A stretch of 64,000 nt of DNA from Octopus bimaculoides (lineage: Eukaryota): NCBI RefSeq assembly GCF_001194135.2, contig NC_068981.1, positions 36,065,401 through 36,129,400 of the forward strand, read 5' to 3'. The notes beneath the pieces were generated by a model that made no database searches, had not been told where the DNA came from, and was given only the letters and a program-made list of their open reading frames with translations. Of this stretch, positions 48,931 through 62,875 are shown piece by piece. The first letter of the stretch is position 1. Every line of letters begins with the position of its first letter. The position numbers and the translations under genes are program-made.

Positions 48931-49463
48931 GAGTCAACTATCTAATTCTTTACCTGCTGTACTACTATGCAAGTGGGTAAAGAAATATGCAGTATCTTGC
49001 CAAAGGCACAATATCAGTGGGTATCAATGGCAAAAATAAACCTATGACTCTTCAACTGAGTGGTCAATACTTTATCAACTTTGCCACAGCAACAACTCAC
49101 AAGAATGAGTCATAGTGAAGAGGTACTGAAGAGTGACTGAAAGGGTTTGACACATTGATTGCAATTTATAGCTATAAATAAAAGTGTTAAAGAGGCTAAA
49201 GTACAAGAATAGGATTTTCAAATAATGTTCAGGTTTAGATTGGTATTTGTTCCCTGAGGAATTCATAACAAGACATAAGAGTATCTACGTAGATTGTCTC
49301 TAAGTTAAATCAATAAATCTTGTCTCTTTCTCTCCTTGCCTTCATTTAGAATACTGAAATAAAGTACATCTCTTCCAGGAAATACAGAAATGAATATATT
49401 TCCTCATTGTTATGTATCACTATTTATTTCCAATTGCAAGCAACAATCAGATATAGAATTCAG

Positions 49464-49575
<112 letters not shown>

Positions 49576-50256
49576 TCATGTATGCAGAAATACATTCCTG
49601 AATGGATTACCTACACACACATAAACATGTATATAAGCACAAATACATATTAATAGATTTAGTGAATCAAAATAACAGCAAAATTAATAAAGTGAATTAA
49701 AATGAATTATTGAATTAAGCTTATTAAAATTAGTTTCCACACTTAGCATCAAATATGTTGATCTTATCGATATTTGAATTAAATAAAGTAATAATACATT
49801 TTGTCTGTTTAGCCAGGTTAAACAATATAGCTTTTGTGGTTGGTGGAATTAAAGTGATGAGCTTTCAATGTACAATGTTCAGGTTATCATTCCAGCCAGA
49901 TGGCTTCCATATATTGACAAGCTAGATGGAGCGACTGTCTATTTAAGTGCATAGCTGATCTGCATAAAAAGTACTTGTTGTGTTGTGAGAGGTTGATCCT
50001 GGATTAACTTTTACTTACAGGAACAAGTTTCTATTCTTCTGACTGAGAGATGAAGAAATCCCTGAAAACACTCAAATTAAGTGAAATATCTAAATATCTA
50101 AATGGATGTCATAACATGCTCACACACAAACAGAGGCAGTCACAAACAGTCTTTCCCCTCACACTCATGTTCACATAAAAAGTCATGTGCTCTATCTAAA
50201 TCTGTAGACACACACACACATATAATATACACACACACATACACACNNNNNNNNNN

Positions 50257-50324
<68 letters not shown>

Positions 50325-50496
50325 GTAAACATATATATTCCTATATACATATTATGCATATATGTATATCCATATATTCCATATATGCATACATACACAC
50401 ACATATAAATATACAGAGAAAGAGAGAGATAAATAGGTAGATGCATATGTATATATATAAATATATATATATATTTATATATGTATGCATGTATGT

Positions 50497-50595
<99 letters not shown>

Positions 50596-51129
50596 TAATA
50601 ATAAGCATAGATACAAGTATTTGGATTAACATATAGGATTTGAGTAGTTCAGAAGTTAGTAACATGCATACAAAATGCATACAAATGCACTCATATCCAA
50701 AATCTTCCTCACGAAATTCAGGCTTAAGAACAAAGATGCATCAAAGTTTATATATAAACTCGTAAATGTATTGTAAGCAGCATTAGTGATGATGATGATG
50801 ATGATAACGATGTGGTGATGATGGGAGGATGATAGTGATGAAGATGATGATGCCATTACCAAACATGGCTGATGATATAAACAATGAAAAGGATTGTTCT
50901 TTTTGAAGAATCAAAGAATTCTTGTAATCCAAAATTTATGTGTTGAATAACAGGAATTTCTCTTTTCTATATAGTTCTTGTATATTATTATTTTATCTTT
51001 TTTAGATATAGGAATTAGCAGAATTGATGCCATATTGGACAAATTGCTTTGATGATGTCTTTGTTTTCCATCGTTCTGGAGTTGATAAGTACCAATCAAA
51101 TATAATGGATGGATTGCTGGCAGAATTTC

Positions 51130-51450
51130 TGACCATGAATTTTTTGTTGCTCAATCAATTGAACAACCAACTCACCAAATTTGTGTGTAAGTGGCTGAGT
51201 ATTCCTGAGACACGTAAATACGTAACTTAATCCTCAAGTAGAATCTGTGTGAAGTCATGTTTGAGATGGCTGGACATTTGAATTACAGGTACAATCAATC
51301 TGATAGGCTTCCACATACTTCTGTTTACTTAAATTTTTCTCATAATGCTTAGGTCTACTTGGCACTGCAGTAAAAGACAGTTGCCCAAGATTTCATGCAG
51401 TGGGATTGAACCCAGGACCTCATGAATAAGAAATGAACTTCTTAAACATT
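51130..51450. repeat. Family D repeat (+) joined to family B SINE head (-)
   Basis: caattgaacaacc...aagtggctgagtattcc...ttgaattacaggtacaa, then agacagttgcccaagatttcatgcagtgggattgaacccagg. Confidence 0.6.
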
Positions 51451-52260
51451 TCATCATACTTTGCCTGTAGCGTTAATTTACTAATAAATACTGGAGTCAA
51501 TATATTTGACTATTTCCTGTACTGAAAAGTATATGAACTTATGCTGCTGTTAAAAATAGTTTTATCTTCTTAAGAAAAGTCAGCTCTTGAATGTAGTTAG
51601 GTAAAGAAGTTTTCTGCTTCATTCCAAGTTCATTACCATATATAATTATATTTTCAGAAGGATATAAATTAAATATTAATTTTAAAAAATAATCAAAGTA
51701 TCAATATTGCCCAGCTACTTTTTTAATTGATTGAGGTAGATAAGATCAGAAATGCAAATTTGAAAATAATAAACTAGTATATGTATTCAGTTCTTCTTTT
51801 CCTCCTCCTCCTCCTCCTCCTCCTCCTCNNNNNNNNNNNNNNNNNNNNNNNNNNNNNNNNNNNNNNNNNNNNNNNNNNNNNNNNNNNNNNNNNNNNNNNN
51901 NNNNNNNNNNNNNNNNNNNNNNNNNNNNNNNNNNNNNNNNNNNNNNNNNNNNNNNNNNNNNNNNNNNNNNNNNNNNNNNNNNNNNNNNNNNNNNNNNNNN
52001 NNNNNNNNNNNNNNNNNNNNNNNNNNNNNNNNNNNNNNNNNNNNNNNNNNNNNNNNNNNNNNNNNNNNNNNNNNNNNNNNNNNNNNNNNNNNNNNNNNNN
52101 NNNNNNNNNNNNNNNNNNNNNNNNNNNNNNNNNNNNNNNNNNNNNNNNNNNNNNNNNNNNNNNNNNNNNNNNNNNNNNNNNNNNNNNNNNNNNNNNNNNN
52201 NNNNNNNNNNNNNNNNNNNNNNNNNNNNNNNNNNNNNNNNNNNNNNNNNNNNNCCACCAC

Positions 52261-52296
<36 letters not shown>

Positions 52297-52308
52297 TATT
52301 ATTATTAC

Positions 52309-52340
<32 letters not shown>

Positions 52341-52341
<1 letters not shown>

Positions 52342-52556
52342 GGAGGTGGTAAGTTAGTAGAATCATTAGCACGCTGGGCGAAATGCTTAGCTGTATTTCA
52401 TCTGCCACTAGAAGCAGAGTTCAAATTCCGCTGAGGTCGACTTTGCCTTTCATCCTTTCAGAGTCAATTAAATAAGTACCAGTTATGCACTGGGGTCGAT
52501 GTAATTGACTTAATCCCTTCCCCCAAATTTGAGGCCTTGTGCTTCCAGTAGAAAGA

Positions 52557-52600
<44 letters not shown>
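52341..52600 (+). mobile_element. Family A SINE, well-preserved full-length copy with (TTA)n tail
   Basis: gtagaatcattagcacgctgggcgaaatgcttagc..GAGTTCAAATTCC (B-box-like)..gtcgactttgcctttcatcctttcagagtc..aagtaccag..ctggggtcgatg..(tta)n; preceded by a (TAT)n run. Confidence 0.85.
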
Positions 52601-54399
52601 CTTTCTTTTTCATGCCTGTCATTTCTACTGATATGAATCATAAATTTGGAATTGGTATGAGAGAATGGTAAGGAGTTATACAAACCCAGAATGTTTCTAG
52701 TACTTAAGTCTTTAACTTAACCTCATGGCCTGTTATTCCAACAATAGGAATTATGTGACATGTACAGATTTTATAGATTATCAACAAGGATTATAGAAAT
52801 GAGTCACTCTTTTAGGCTTCCAAAAAAAACCTCATGAAATAGTAACAAATCAAGCAAAACAAATGATAAAACCAACAGTTTTTCTTGTTTTTGTTTTTAC
52901 TTCATTTCACATAGTTTAATTCATAGCATTTTATTCAATTTAAATACCTTATCTAAAATTCTATCAAAATCTACCCTTTTCAAATCTGAAGAAATTCACT
53001 CATTTAAATCTTAACATCTTACCAAAATTTATTCATTTACTTCAAATTCATTTTTCTCCAAAATTTTATATTACATTCTTTGAAATTTTCACCTAAACCT
53101 TTCCCTCATTTACATTGCTGTATTTCATTTCATCTAACATACACACTCAATAAATCAGACCCACTTCATAACTAGCATTTTAAATATTCTGAGATCCTAA
53201 TGGTTCATATCTCTTGAATTCTTTACCTAAAGCCTTCATACACCTTAAGATCTGGAAGATCTTATAAAGAAAATGTAGAATAAAAAAATTAAATTACTCT
53301 AAACTAATTGAATAATTTCAACTTACTTTTATTTATTTTTTGTTTCAGATAGTTTTGTTTTTATTTTTATTTATGGAGATTATTAAATAAATCAACAAAC
53401 AAATAAATAAAATTTATAAAACAGAATTAGAGTTTCATAGGCTTCCGAAAAATCTTTCCTACTTTCCGTTATATTTGCAGGAATAATTTGATTTCATACA
53501 GAGAAACAGTCAACTTAGGTATTACATATTTAATTTGTAATGTAAAATACCTCTAGCTAGAATTAGTTGTCAGAGTTGAAGATGCATTTTTCCCTATAAA
53601 ATACAGATGGCTCAACTTGAGAGATTACCTTCAAGCATCCAACATTATTATTTTATCTTCCAGTTTTTCATAGAAAGCTTGTCTTATGAAATACCATATA
53701 CAGAGTGGGTTTCACATTATTAAAATATGCTTTTTTTCCAGAATAGGATATTAAATTCCTTTCTGGGTAAATGAAACTTATTATCTATTATTACATTTTT
53801 TTTCTAGGATATACAGAAAAATATTATCTAAATAGAAAACTGATAAATACAGAAATATTTTAGTGAATCATTCACTATCTTTACTGTTTATGTTTATTGG
53901 TTACCTGTCGGTTACTGTTAATTTTTTTTTAGCAAACATTGTTTCAAACTGAATTCTTTCCAAGATATATGGAATAATACAGGAAATAATTCTTTGAATA
54001 ATAAAGACTCTTACTAGAATTGAGGAGTTTAGTTGGAAGCAGCATTTTAGTGGAATTCAACGTAGCACAATTGAAAACAGAACAAAACAAGCAAATGAAC
54101 AAAAAACAAAACAAAACTGGTGAATGTGATGAGAGGAAGAATTAACCCATTAGTATAAAATTCCAGAAGTAGATTTGAAAAGAATATTACATATTCCTTT
54201 TTCTGAATAGTTAAAAGACAAAAACAAAAATAAATAAATAAAAGTAATATAAACCAGATACAAGTAAAGTTAGTTTTGAACATGATTAGTTGCTGAAACC
54301 TATCATCTATTTTAACTAAACGAAACAGTGTTTATCAAAGAAGTTGCTTAAAACTTGAAGATTCAGTTTAGAATAGAATAAAGTGAATTTTCTCGGGTA

Positions 54400-55490
54400 T
54401 ATTTTTCTTGAATTTCTGGAAATTTTATGACAAGACTCTTTTCAGTGCAATTTGGATGAAGGTATCTGATGTGTGATATGAATTAAAATTATAATTCTGA
54501 AAAGCTATCTGACCTTCATTTATATACAATTACAATTTGAATTGTTTCAGAAATAGAGTTTAGTTAAATTGTTGTCATTCTCTCAATAGATAATTACATA
54601 CTGGTCTGTCTCAAGGATTTGTCTCGTACTTTTGCTATGGCACATTAATGATCTATTTGATACCGCTTGTAGCAATACAAATTCCTATGCAGATGATACC
54701 ACCTTTCATTGCTCCTTTACATTTCATATTCAGAAGCAAAACATCTCACACTATATATCAGTGCATTACTTTCATGACCAGAAACCTTGAGAGCATCCTT
54801 AAACAGTGACATGACAACTTGGTCTTTTTTGAAAGTACAAAAGTACAATTGCCAAACATATCAAAGAAAGTGTTACACTACACTTCACATGCATACAGAC
54901 AAAAGAATTAAATCCCCAAAAGTCAAAATAAAATTTTGGGTCTCGTGGTGACCACCACCATGAACACTACTGGGCTTCTTAAGAAAATATGGGTTTTACA
55001 TTAAAACACTTTTCTCATGCTAGGTAAGCTGCTGCTGCTGCTGCTACTATCTGAACAAACCTCTTAGACTGATCAGTACTCACTGACCAACACACTACCA
55101 CCACCACATCCCCTAAATACTGTTTCTTTTCTCTATCCTATTTATTGTTATTGCAATGACTTCTGCTCCAATAAACTAGTAAACTGTATTCAACTTCTCT
55201 CCCAAACAATCTGATGCACTCAGCTCTGTTTTGTAGATGTCACTCTATAATGTATCAGTCAAGTTACTGAACTTGTTAAAAAAGCCAGAAAGATTTCTCT
55301 CAAATGGTGCCCTACCAACCTAGACCACATTAAATAATGTGGCTTAAGTTACACAATACCTGGAAAAAAAAAATGGCACATGTATGGATAGAATGCCTTT
55401 CATCACAGAGCTGCTCAATCAAAGCTTACATGTGGTAATGCTACAACATATTATGCCACTCCAGATGTTTATCCATTTGTGCTACCTTCA
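54400..55490 (+). pseudogene. Degenerate L2/CR1-group LINE RT and 3' end
   Basis: ggtctgtctcaagga (GxPQG-like), HINDL and NSYADDTTF; downstream sequence resembles the SLCLFYRY...ELAELV and WNxLPxxVFP regions; heavily mutated. Confidence 0.5.
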
Positions 55491-57148
55491 AACTGAAACT
55501 CTCAAGATCTGACTTTCTGTTCATGTTTTGACAAAAGTTTGATGTGAATATCACCCACAACTTTCACCAATATTGGAGTGCTAACAAAACTTGTGATGCT
55601 GCCTTTCTTTGTCTGACAAAAGCAAAAACAAACCAAAAAAATCAAACATGGATAGAATTCACAGACAGCACAACAAAAGAAAATAGCATGCACCATTTAA
55701 GAGGGATCTAATATAGACATGAAGAAGTGTGGATGGAATGATAAAATATTAAAAAATTATTTAATAAAATATCCAAAAAACAAAAATGAAAAAAGCATAG
55801 AGATGAAAAAAAGATGCAAGTTGAGTAAAATGAAATGGAGAATATTATTAATGTTTACATTTGAAATGTATTACTATACATAAAGAGAAATATATGTTCC
55901 GTGCCAGAAGAGGTTTGCATTTCTGTATAATATAGGTCACTATATTATAGAACTGGATCACTGAAAACAGACAGTCTATTTTGAAGTAAGATTCAACCAT
56001 AGTTACTTTGTTAATGTGGTACAAAGACATTATCAATGAAAAAATATAAAAAATTTAATGCAGAAAAAAAAGCTACATCCTTAGATAAAAGGTTCCAATG
56101 ATTTAAAAAATATATTAAGAAAAATAAAAAAAATTCTGTTCAATTCACCATTTTAACATGAAATTGAGCTTCTCCCTTTATTAGTTTTGATGGGTAGAGA
56201 TTTTCCTTCACATGCATACTCACACTTATAATACACATATTCACACAAACATATGCATAGAAATGCACACACATGCATATATGTCTGTGTGTACATATGT
56301 ATGTATACACAGACACACACACGCATACACACATTTGTGTGTATATGTATGTGTTTATGTTTGTATAGACGGTATGTATTTAATTTCATTGTAGGTTATA
56401 CTAAAAACCATCTTGCATGGAAATATTCCAGCCACATAGATACAGTGTATCATTGAATCATTATTCCCCACCTCTTTTTTTCTTCTTCCGTGAATAGATC
56501 CTGATGGAATGTAAGCAAGTCAACTGTTCAAAGGAACAATTTAGTCAGCAACCAACTGAAATATGGTGGATAAAACTGTTGCTCATAGCAGTTTAATAGT
56601 CTGACAAAGTAAACCATTGATTTCCAATTTTACAGCTTGCTCATATTCTTCCATTACTGCTACTTCAAATGAAAGTATATATATTTAATAGCTCCTGTTG
56701 CTCTTTTAAGCTTACACGAGTGGCATTGCTATTAGCAACTTCAGGGATGAAGGCTTTACTCAACATTGTTTTATAGAACTTTATTTCTTCATCTTTATTT
56801 ATTTATTTAGCTTTCTAAGTAAATTTAGAACTAATTGCGATAAAAGTGATTCTGGTATGCTGCACAGCAGAAATACTCCATCAGAAATCCTGAAATATAT
56901 GCAAGATATTTAAAAAATTGTTTTTAAAAAATGGAAAAGAGAAACTATTATGACTTTATTATTAATGCAAGAAGTTATTATTATTTTTATTATTATTATT
57001 GCACTCTACAAGTTTATGTGCTTTCTCACTTGCTACACCAGATTATGTACCTGAATTTCAGCAATGAAATGTATCCAGTTGGGAAATTTCTATCAATATT
57101 TGTCTACTTATGGGAAAGCTGTTCTGTGTTTGTGAGTGTGGGTGTGAG

Positions 57149-57196
<48 letters not shown>

Positions 57197-58182
57197 NNNN
57201 NNNNNNNNNNNNNNNNNNNNNNNNNNNNNNNNNNNNNNNNNNNNNNNNNNNNNNNNNNNNNNNNNNNNNNNNNNNNNNNNNNNNNNNNNNNNNNNNNNNN
57301 NNNNNNNNNNNNNNNNNNNNNNNNNNNNNNNNNNNNNNNNNNNNNNNNNNNNNNNNNNNNNNNNNNNNNNNNNNNNNNNNNNNNNNNNNNNNNNNNNNNN
57401 NNNNNNNNNNNNNNNNNNNNNNNNNNNNNNNNNNNNNNNNNNNNNNNNNNNNNNNNNNNNNNNNNNNNNNNNNNNNNNNNNNNNNNNNNNNNNNNNNNNN
57501 NNNNNNNNNNNNNNNNNNNNNNNNNNNNNNNNNNNNNNNNNNNNNNNNNNNNNNNNNNNNNNNNNNNNNNNNNNNNNNNNNNNNNNNNNNNNNNNNNNNN
57601 NNNNNNNNNNNNNNNNNNNNNNNNNNNNNNNNNNNNNNNNNNNNNNNNNNNNNNNNNNNNNNNNNNNNNNNNNNNNNNNNNNNNNNNNNNNNNNNNNNNN
57701 NNNNNNNNNNNNNNNNNNNNNNNNNNNNNNNNNNNNNNNNNNNNNNNNNNNNNNNNNNNNNNNNNNNNNNNNNNNNNNNNNNNNNNNNNNNNNNNNNNNN
57801 NNNNNNNNNNNNNNNNNNNNNNNNNNNNNNNNNNNNNNNNNNNNNNNNNNNNNNNNNNNNNNNNNNNNNNNNNNNNNNNNNNNNNNNNNNNNNNNNNNNN
57901 NNNNNNNNNNNNNNNNNNNNNNNNNNNNNNNNNNNNNNNNNNNNNNNNNNNNNNNNNNNNNNNNNNNNNNNNNNNNNNNNNNNNNNNNNNNNNNNNNNNN
58001 NNNNNNNNNNNNNNNNNNNNNNNNNNNNNNNNNNNNNNNNNNNNNNNNNNNNNNNNNNNNNNNNNNNNNNNNNNNNNNNNNNNNNNNNNNNNNNNNNNNN
58101 NNNNNNNNNNNNNNNNNNNNNNNNNNNNNNNNNNNNNNNNNNNNNNNNNNNNNNNNNNNNNNNNNNNNNNNNNNNNNNNNNN

Positions 58183-58216
<34 letters not shown>

Positions 58217-58340
58217 CAGGTATGGCTGTGTGGTTGAGAATTTTGCATTACACTGTGGCAAATGTCTTCTATTATAGTACTGGGTTGACCAAAACCTTTG
58301 AGTAGATTTTATAGAAGGAAAGAGAAAGAAGCCTGTTGTA
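58217..58340 (+). mobile_element. Family B SINE head with internal deletion
   Basis: aggtatggctgtgtggttgagaa...aaatgtcttctattatagtactgggttgaccaaaacctttgagtagatttt...gaaagaagcctgttgtatat. Confidence 0.7.
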
Positions 58341-58699
58341 TATATGGGTGTGTGTGTGTTTATATGTATGTATGCATGTGCATGTATGTGTGTGTCTTTG
58401 TGTTTGTATACACATGTTCTCTGTCAACAAATTATCAACTGCCTTTAAACCTTTGGAGAGGTGTGGCATTAGAGATCCATTTCATCAAAAAACAGGTGAG
58501 GGTTAGTGGCAGGAAGAGCATCTGACTTTAAATGCATGCCCCAATCATATACTCATTAAATTCATGTTAGCATGGAAAAATGGCTGTACATACGTACATA
58601 CATACATACATACATACATACATACATACAAACAAAGTTTTATCCTATCTATTATGTGTTAAAAACTTCATAATTGTACCAAGTCAAGATACTGGCAGT

Positions 58700-59358
58700 G
58701 AGAATCTCATATATATAGAAAGGTATACCTGTACTATCCAGGAACAGGAGATACCTACTAACCTGATAAACAAGAGAGACAAAGATACTACCAAACCTCC
58801 ACGTTGTGATAGAAAATATTGGCTCTGCTATACCAGTGTCAGAAATATCCTCTACAGCATCAACAACTTCCCCAAATATCTATGAGATGTCTGCTCCTCA
58901 AGTATGATATAGTTGCAAAGATTATTTACAATGCTATCCACAGGAAGGATTGCCCTGGCATATACATCAAAGGCATGTCAGAACCAATATGTAATTCACA
59001 CCAATAAAAACAGTAATTCAGTGCAAACATAAGAGTCCTGATATTGTTCTGTGAAACAAGGAACAACTGTCATGTACTTTTGTAGAGGTCAACTGTACCA
59101 TCAAAAGTCCAGGGAAAAAAGAACATTTACAGTGAGTTAATGCATAGCTTATAATTCTTGTACCCTGACTATAAATTCTCTCTTGTACCTATCATCATAT
59201 GAACATTACGCTATGTGCCTACAAATTTAAACAAAAAATCCCTAGAAATACAAAGTTTTTTGAAGAAAGAACAGAAAGAACTGATACAGATTCTCCAAAT
59301 CCAATCTTTTAGTGGTACAGTGAAAATTTTTAAGACATTCCAAATATTCTCCAGCTGA
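58700..59358 (+). pseudogene. R4/Dong-like LINE 3' remnant, copy 1 (CCHC knuckle + REL)
   Basis: TIQEQEIPTNLINKRD..DRKYWLCYTSVRNILYSINNFPK..KYDIVAKIIYNAI ... YPDYKF..VPII ... KIFKTFQ; stops and frameshifts. Confidence 0.8.
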
Positions 59359-59639
59359 AATTCTTTAGGTGAATAGATGCACACATTTGTGTGTGTATTG
59401 ACAGGTCTGTCAATACACCAATTCAACCAAAACACCTACTCAACCAACACATCAACTCAACCACATATTTACAAACACTTGGAATTCTCTTAACTCAGAG
59501 AGTTTTGTCAATTGGTTAGCAATTGGCTTGAATACTCTTAAGAAGAATTTAAATAAAACTCAAAGAAAAACAAACATTCATACATACATATATACATATA
59601 CATACATACATACATACATATGTGTGTAAGAATTGACAT

Positions 59640-60374
59640 GAAGCGCAGTCTCTCTTGGACACAACACTACTACATCACACTTTGAAGGCTATGTGTGTGC
59701 AATCCAGGAACCGGTGATTGTCACAAAGTACCTGGTGAACAAGAGAGACAGTGACACTCGTGTAATCTCAAGTTGCAACTGCATTTGTAGGCTATGTAAT
59801 GTTTCTGTAGAAGTCATCATGCATGTGATTAGCAGCTGTCCTAAAATTTCGTCATGGTACTACCTCCCTATGCAGCACAAGGTTCCACTAAAACAATTTA
59901 CAATGCTATCTGCAAAAAAACTGTTTTGAAATAAACTTAGAAAATCCTTCTGTTATGGAATACATTCATAAACACCAACTCAAGGAATACTGCTGGAATA
60001 TTCCCATCAAAACTTCTGTCAAACGTAAACATAACAGACTGGATATTGTTGTTTGGGACAGAAAGGCAAAGGTATGTACTGTCATAGAGGTCATCTGCCC
60101 TGCAGATATAAATATCACTATGAAAATCAAAGAAAAAAAGGATATCTATGGACAACTGCTTCCAAACCTCCAGCTTCTATATCCAGACTATGAATTCATA
60201 TTCATACCAATAATAACTGGAGCACTAGCTTTTGTTAGAAAATACTTAAAGGAGAATCTGGATAAACTGAGATTTTCAAGAAGAGAAATTAACCGGCTAA
60301 TTTGTACATTACAAGTGCAATCTGTGATTGGAAGAGTAAAAATATGCAAGACTTTTCTCAAGTTCCAAATGTGA
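59640..60374 (+). pseudogene. R4/Dong-like LINE 3' remnant, copy 2 (CCHC knuckle + REL)
   Basis: CRLCNVSVEVIMHVISSC (CCHC). ORF 59955-60374: WNIPIKTSVKRKHNRLDIVVWDRKAKVCTVIEVICPADINITMKIKEKKDIYGQL...KICKTFLKF, a PD..D..E..K-type REL domain with the PD changed to LD. Confidence 0.88.
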
Positions 60375-61007
60375 ATTTGTCTGTGCTAATTAGATGGTGC
60401 TTGGTGGTTAAAAGATGTTACCGAAAGGATATATGACATTCAAAGGCATTTTGGATTGGTGTTAAGCCTCTCCTGCCTTGTTTTCAAGCATCCAATCAAG
60501 CAGCCCAAATGTTAGTATGAGTACTAGCACTATACGTATGTATGTATGTATGTATGTATGTATGTATGTATGTATGTATGTATATATGTATGCATGTATG
60601 TATGTATGTATGTGTGTGTGTATGTGCATCAAATGTTATACTTTGAAGTGATGTGACTAAATGAAATGAGTATATGAAAGGAGCAGTCAGAAATTATATT
60701 TCAAATTCATAGTTTAGAGATCATCATTATAGAGTTCAATAAAGTACAATTGAATAGCATTGATTATAGTGAACATAAAAGATGTTACAATGAAGATATT
60801 GGCTATATTAGGTAAGAGAAGGAGAAAAAGTTATTACAGCTTGTTCAAGTTACTTCTGCAATAGTAACATATATTTAAATATAAAGATGAATGTTTTATT
60901 GAATTTTGTGTTATAATCTATCAAAATTACATTTTTATAGTGTCAAGTAAGTTTCATCTCAGATTTTTAAATTGAGATAATTTCTTTACAGTCGTCACTT
61001 GTAAGGA

Positions 61008-61038
<31 letters not shown>

Positions 61039-61301
61039 TGGAGAGAGAGAGATGGAGAGAGAGAGATGGAGAGAGAGAGAGATGGAGAGAGGTTGGTACA
61101 CAGGTCAAAATGATTAGCTGTAGTAATTGTTACTTTATGTTTTGAGTGCAAATTGAGTCAGATTCAGCTTTACTGTTTCATCCTTCTAGGGTTGATAAAG
61201 TACCAGTTGAATCCTGGTCTTAAATCAACTCACTTTCTTTTTCTCCTTCAAAATGTGTGAGCTTGAGACAAAATCAGAAACAGACACTCACAGGCAAGAC
61301 T

Positions 61302-61567
61302 ATCATCATCATCAACATCATCATCGTTTAACGTCCGCTTTCCATGCTAGCATGGGTTGGATGATTTGACTGAGGACTGGTGAAACCGGATGGCAACACC
61401 AGGCTCCAATCTAATTTGGCAGAGTTTCTACAGCTGGATGCCCTTCCTAACGCCAACCACTCAGAGAGTGTAGTGGGTGCTTTTACGTGTCACCCGCACG
61501 AAGGCCAGTCAGGTGGTACTGGCAAAGGCCACGCTCGAAATGGTGTCTTTTATGTGCCACCCGCACA
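61302..61567 (-). mobile_element. Young RTE 3'-UTR/tail copy
   Basis: Nearly identical to 33909-34136, with CpGs intact and a (GAT)n tail; retains ~21 nt that the 34.1 kb copy lacks. Confidence 0.9.
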
Positions 61568-61929
61568 AAAGACTTGTGATAATCACTGTCGTCTACAGTA
61601 AACATTAATTTTTTAAATTTAGGAACAAGGCTGTCAACTTTAACAGGAAAGGAAACAAATATATAGTTTTCTAGTACTTTATTGATACTCCTTTTATCAA
61701 CAATGGAAAGATGAAATAAAAGTCGTCCCTAAGGAATTCTTCCATTAGAACTCAGAAAATGCTATATAATTCAGTGTATTTTATAAATATATTTTAGGGC
61801 TGAATATTTATAAGCTGCAAATCAGAATTTTATGTGCCAAAACTTCAAAAGGATTTTGCAGAAATTTAACGGAGAAAAAGAATATACTAAGTGGGGGGAC
61901 AGTGACTGCTGTTGTACATCCACCGTTTT

Positions 61930-62875
61930 AAAAAGAGGAGGAGTGGGTGAAAAAGCCCCCAACACTGTGCAATGCACAGCTGTGTGGATGGTCCTGAAGT
62001 AATTCATTTGCTCTGATTGTTTTGTGGCACCCATCCAAGCAGTCCAGAATGGTGCGACAGGATGAGTGACACATCAAAACAACATAACAGGTTTTCCAAT
62101 CACTAACAGTTGAAAGCAAGAGGGTGTGCCAGCCCCAACCTTGTTTACTATGTACCTTGCAGCTATGCTTCATGAAATTCCATCTAACAACTCTTGTTTA
62201 GTGACTAAATACTACTTTGATGATGGACTCCACATTTTGTCTGGATTTCGATTACAAAGATTGATTATCAGCACTTGTATCATTGAACTGAGTATGCAAA
62301 TGGCAATGTCTCATCAGCTCATTCACCCAACAAAAATGGAGGAATTGGCCAATGACTTAAAAAATGTGTATGGTTGCTTTGGTCTGACAATCACCACCCA
62401 GAAGACCAATATACTTGCACAACCTGTTCCAAGTGCAATTTTTCCTTGGTTTGACATCACTATCTCCAACATATTACTGGAACAAGTAAGCCAGTTCCCA
62501 TATCTTGGAAGCATTCTCTCCACACAATGAGGAAGATATTAAGAAAAAAATTTAATCTGTCCATACACTTTCATTTGTGTCTTTGGAAACCAGAACATGA
62601 AACTTCAAACCAAGCTCATGGTGTTTCAAAAAATATTTGTTTCCACCATACTTTATGATAGTGAGATGTAGACTTTGTATCACTTGCACAGCTGAAAACT
62701 GGAATAATTTCATCAACAGAAACTTCCATTAGTTATGAACATCAGATGGGAGAACTATATCAATATTTCTGTAGTCTTTGAATGGGCCAAAAACAATAGT
62801 GTTGAGGATATTGCCATGAAACACTGTTTTAGATGGGCAGGTCATGTCCACCACATGGATTAGCTGCCTTGTCTT
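61930..62875 (+). pseudogene. RTE (BovB-like) LINE RT remnant
   Basis: FPITNS..CVPAPTLFTMYLAAML, FGLTITTQKTNILAQP, LEQVSQFPYLGSILS, FHQQKL..IRWE and RWAGHV occur in order; frameshifts. Confidence 0.85.
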
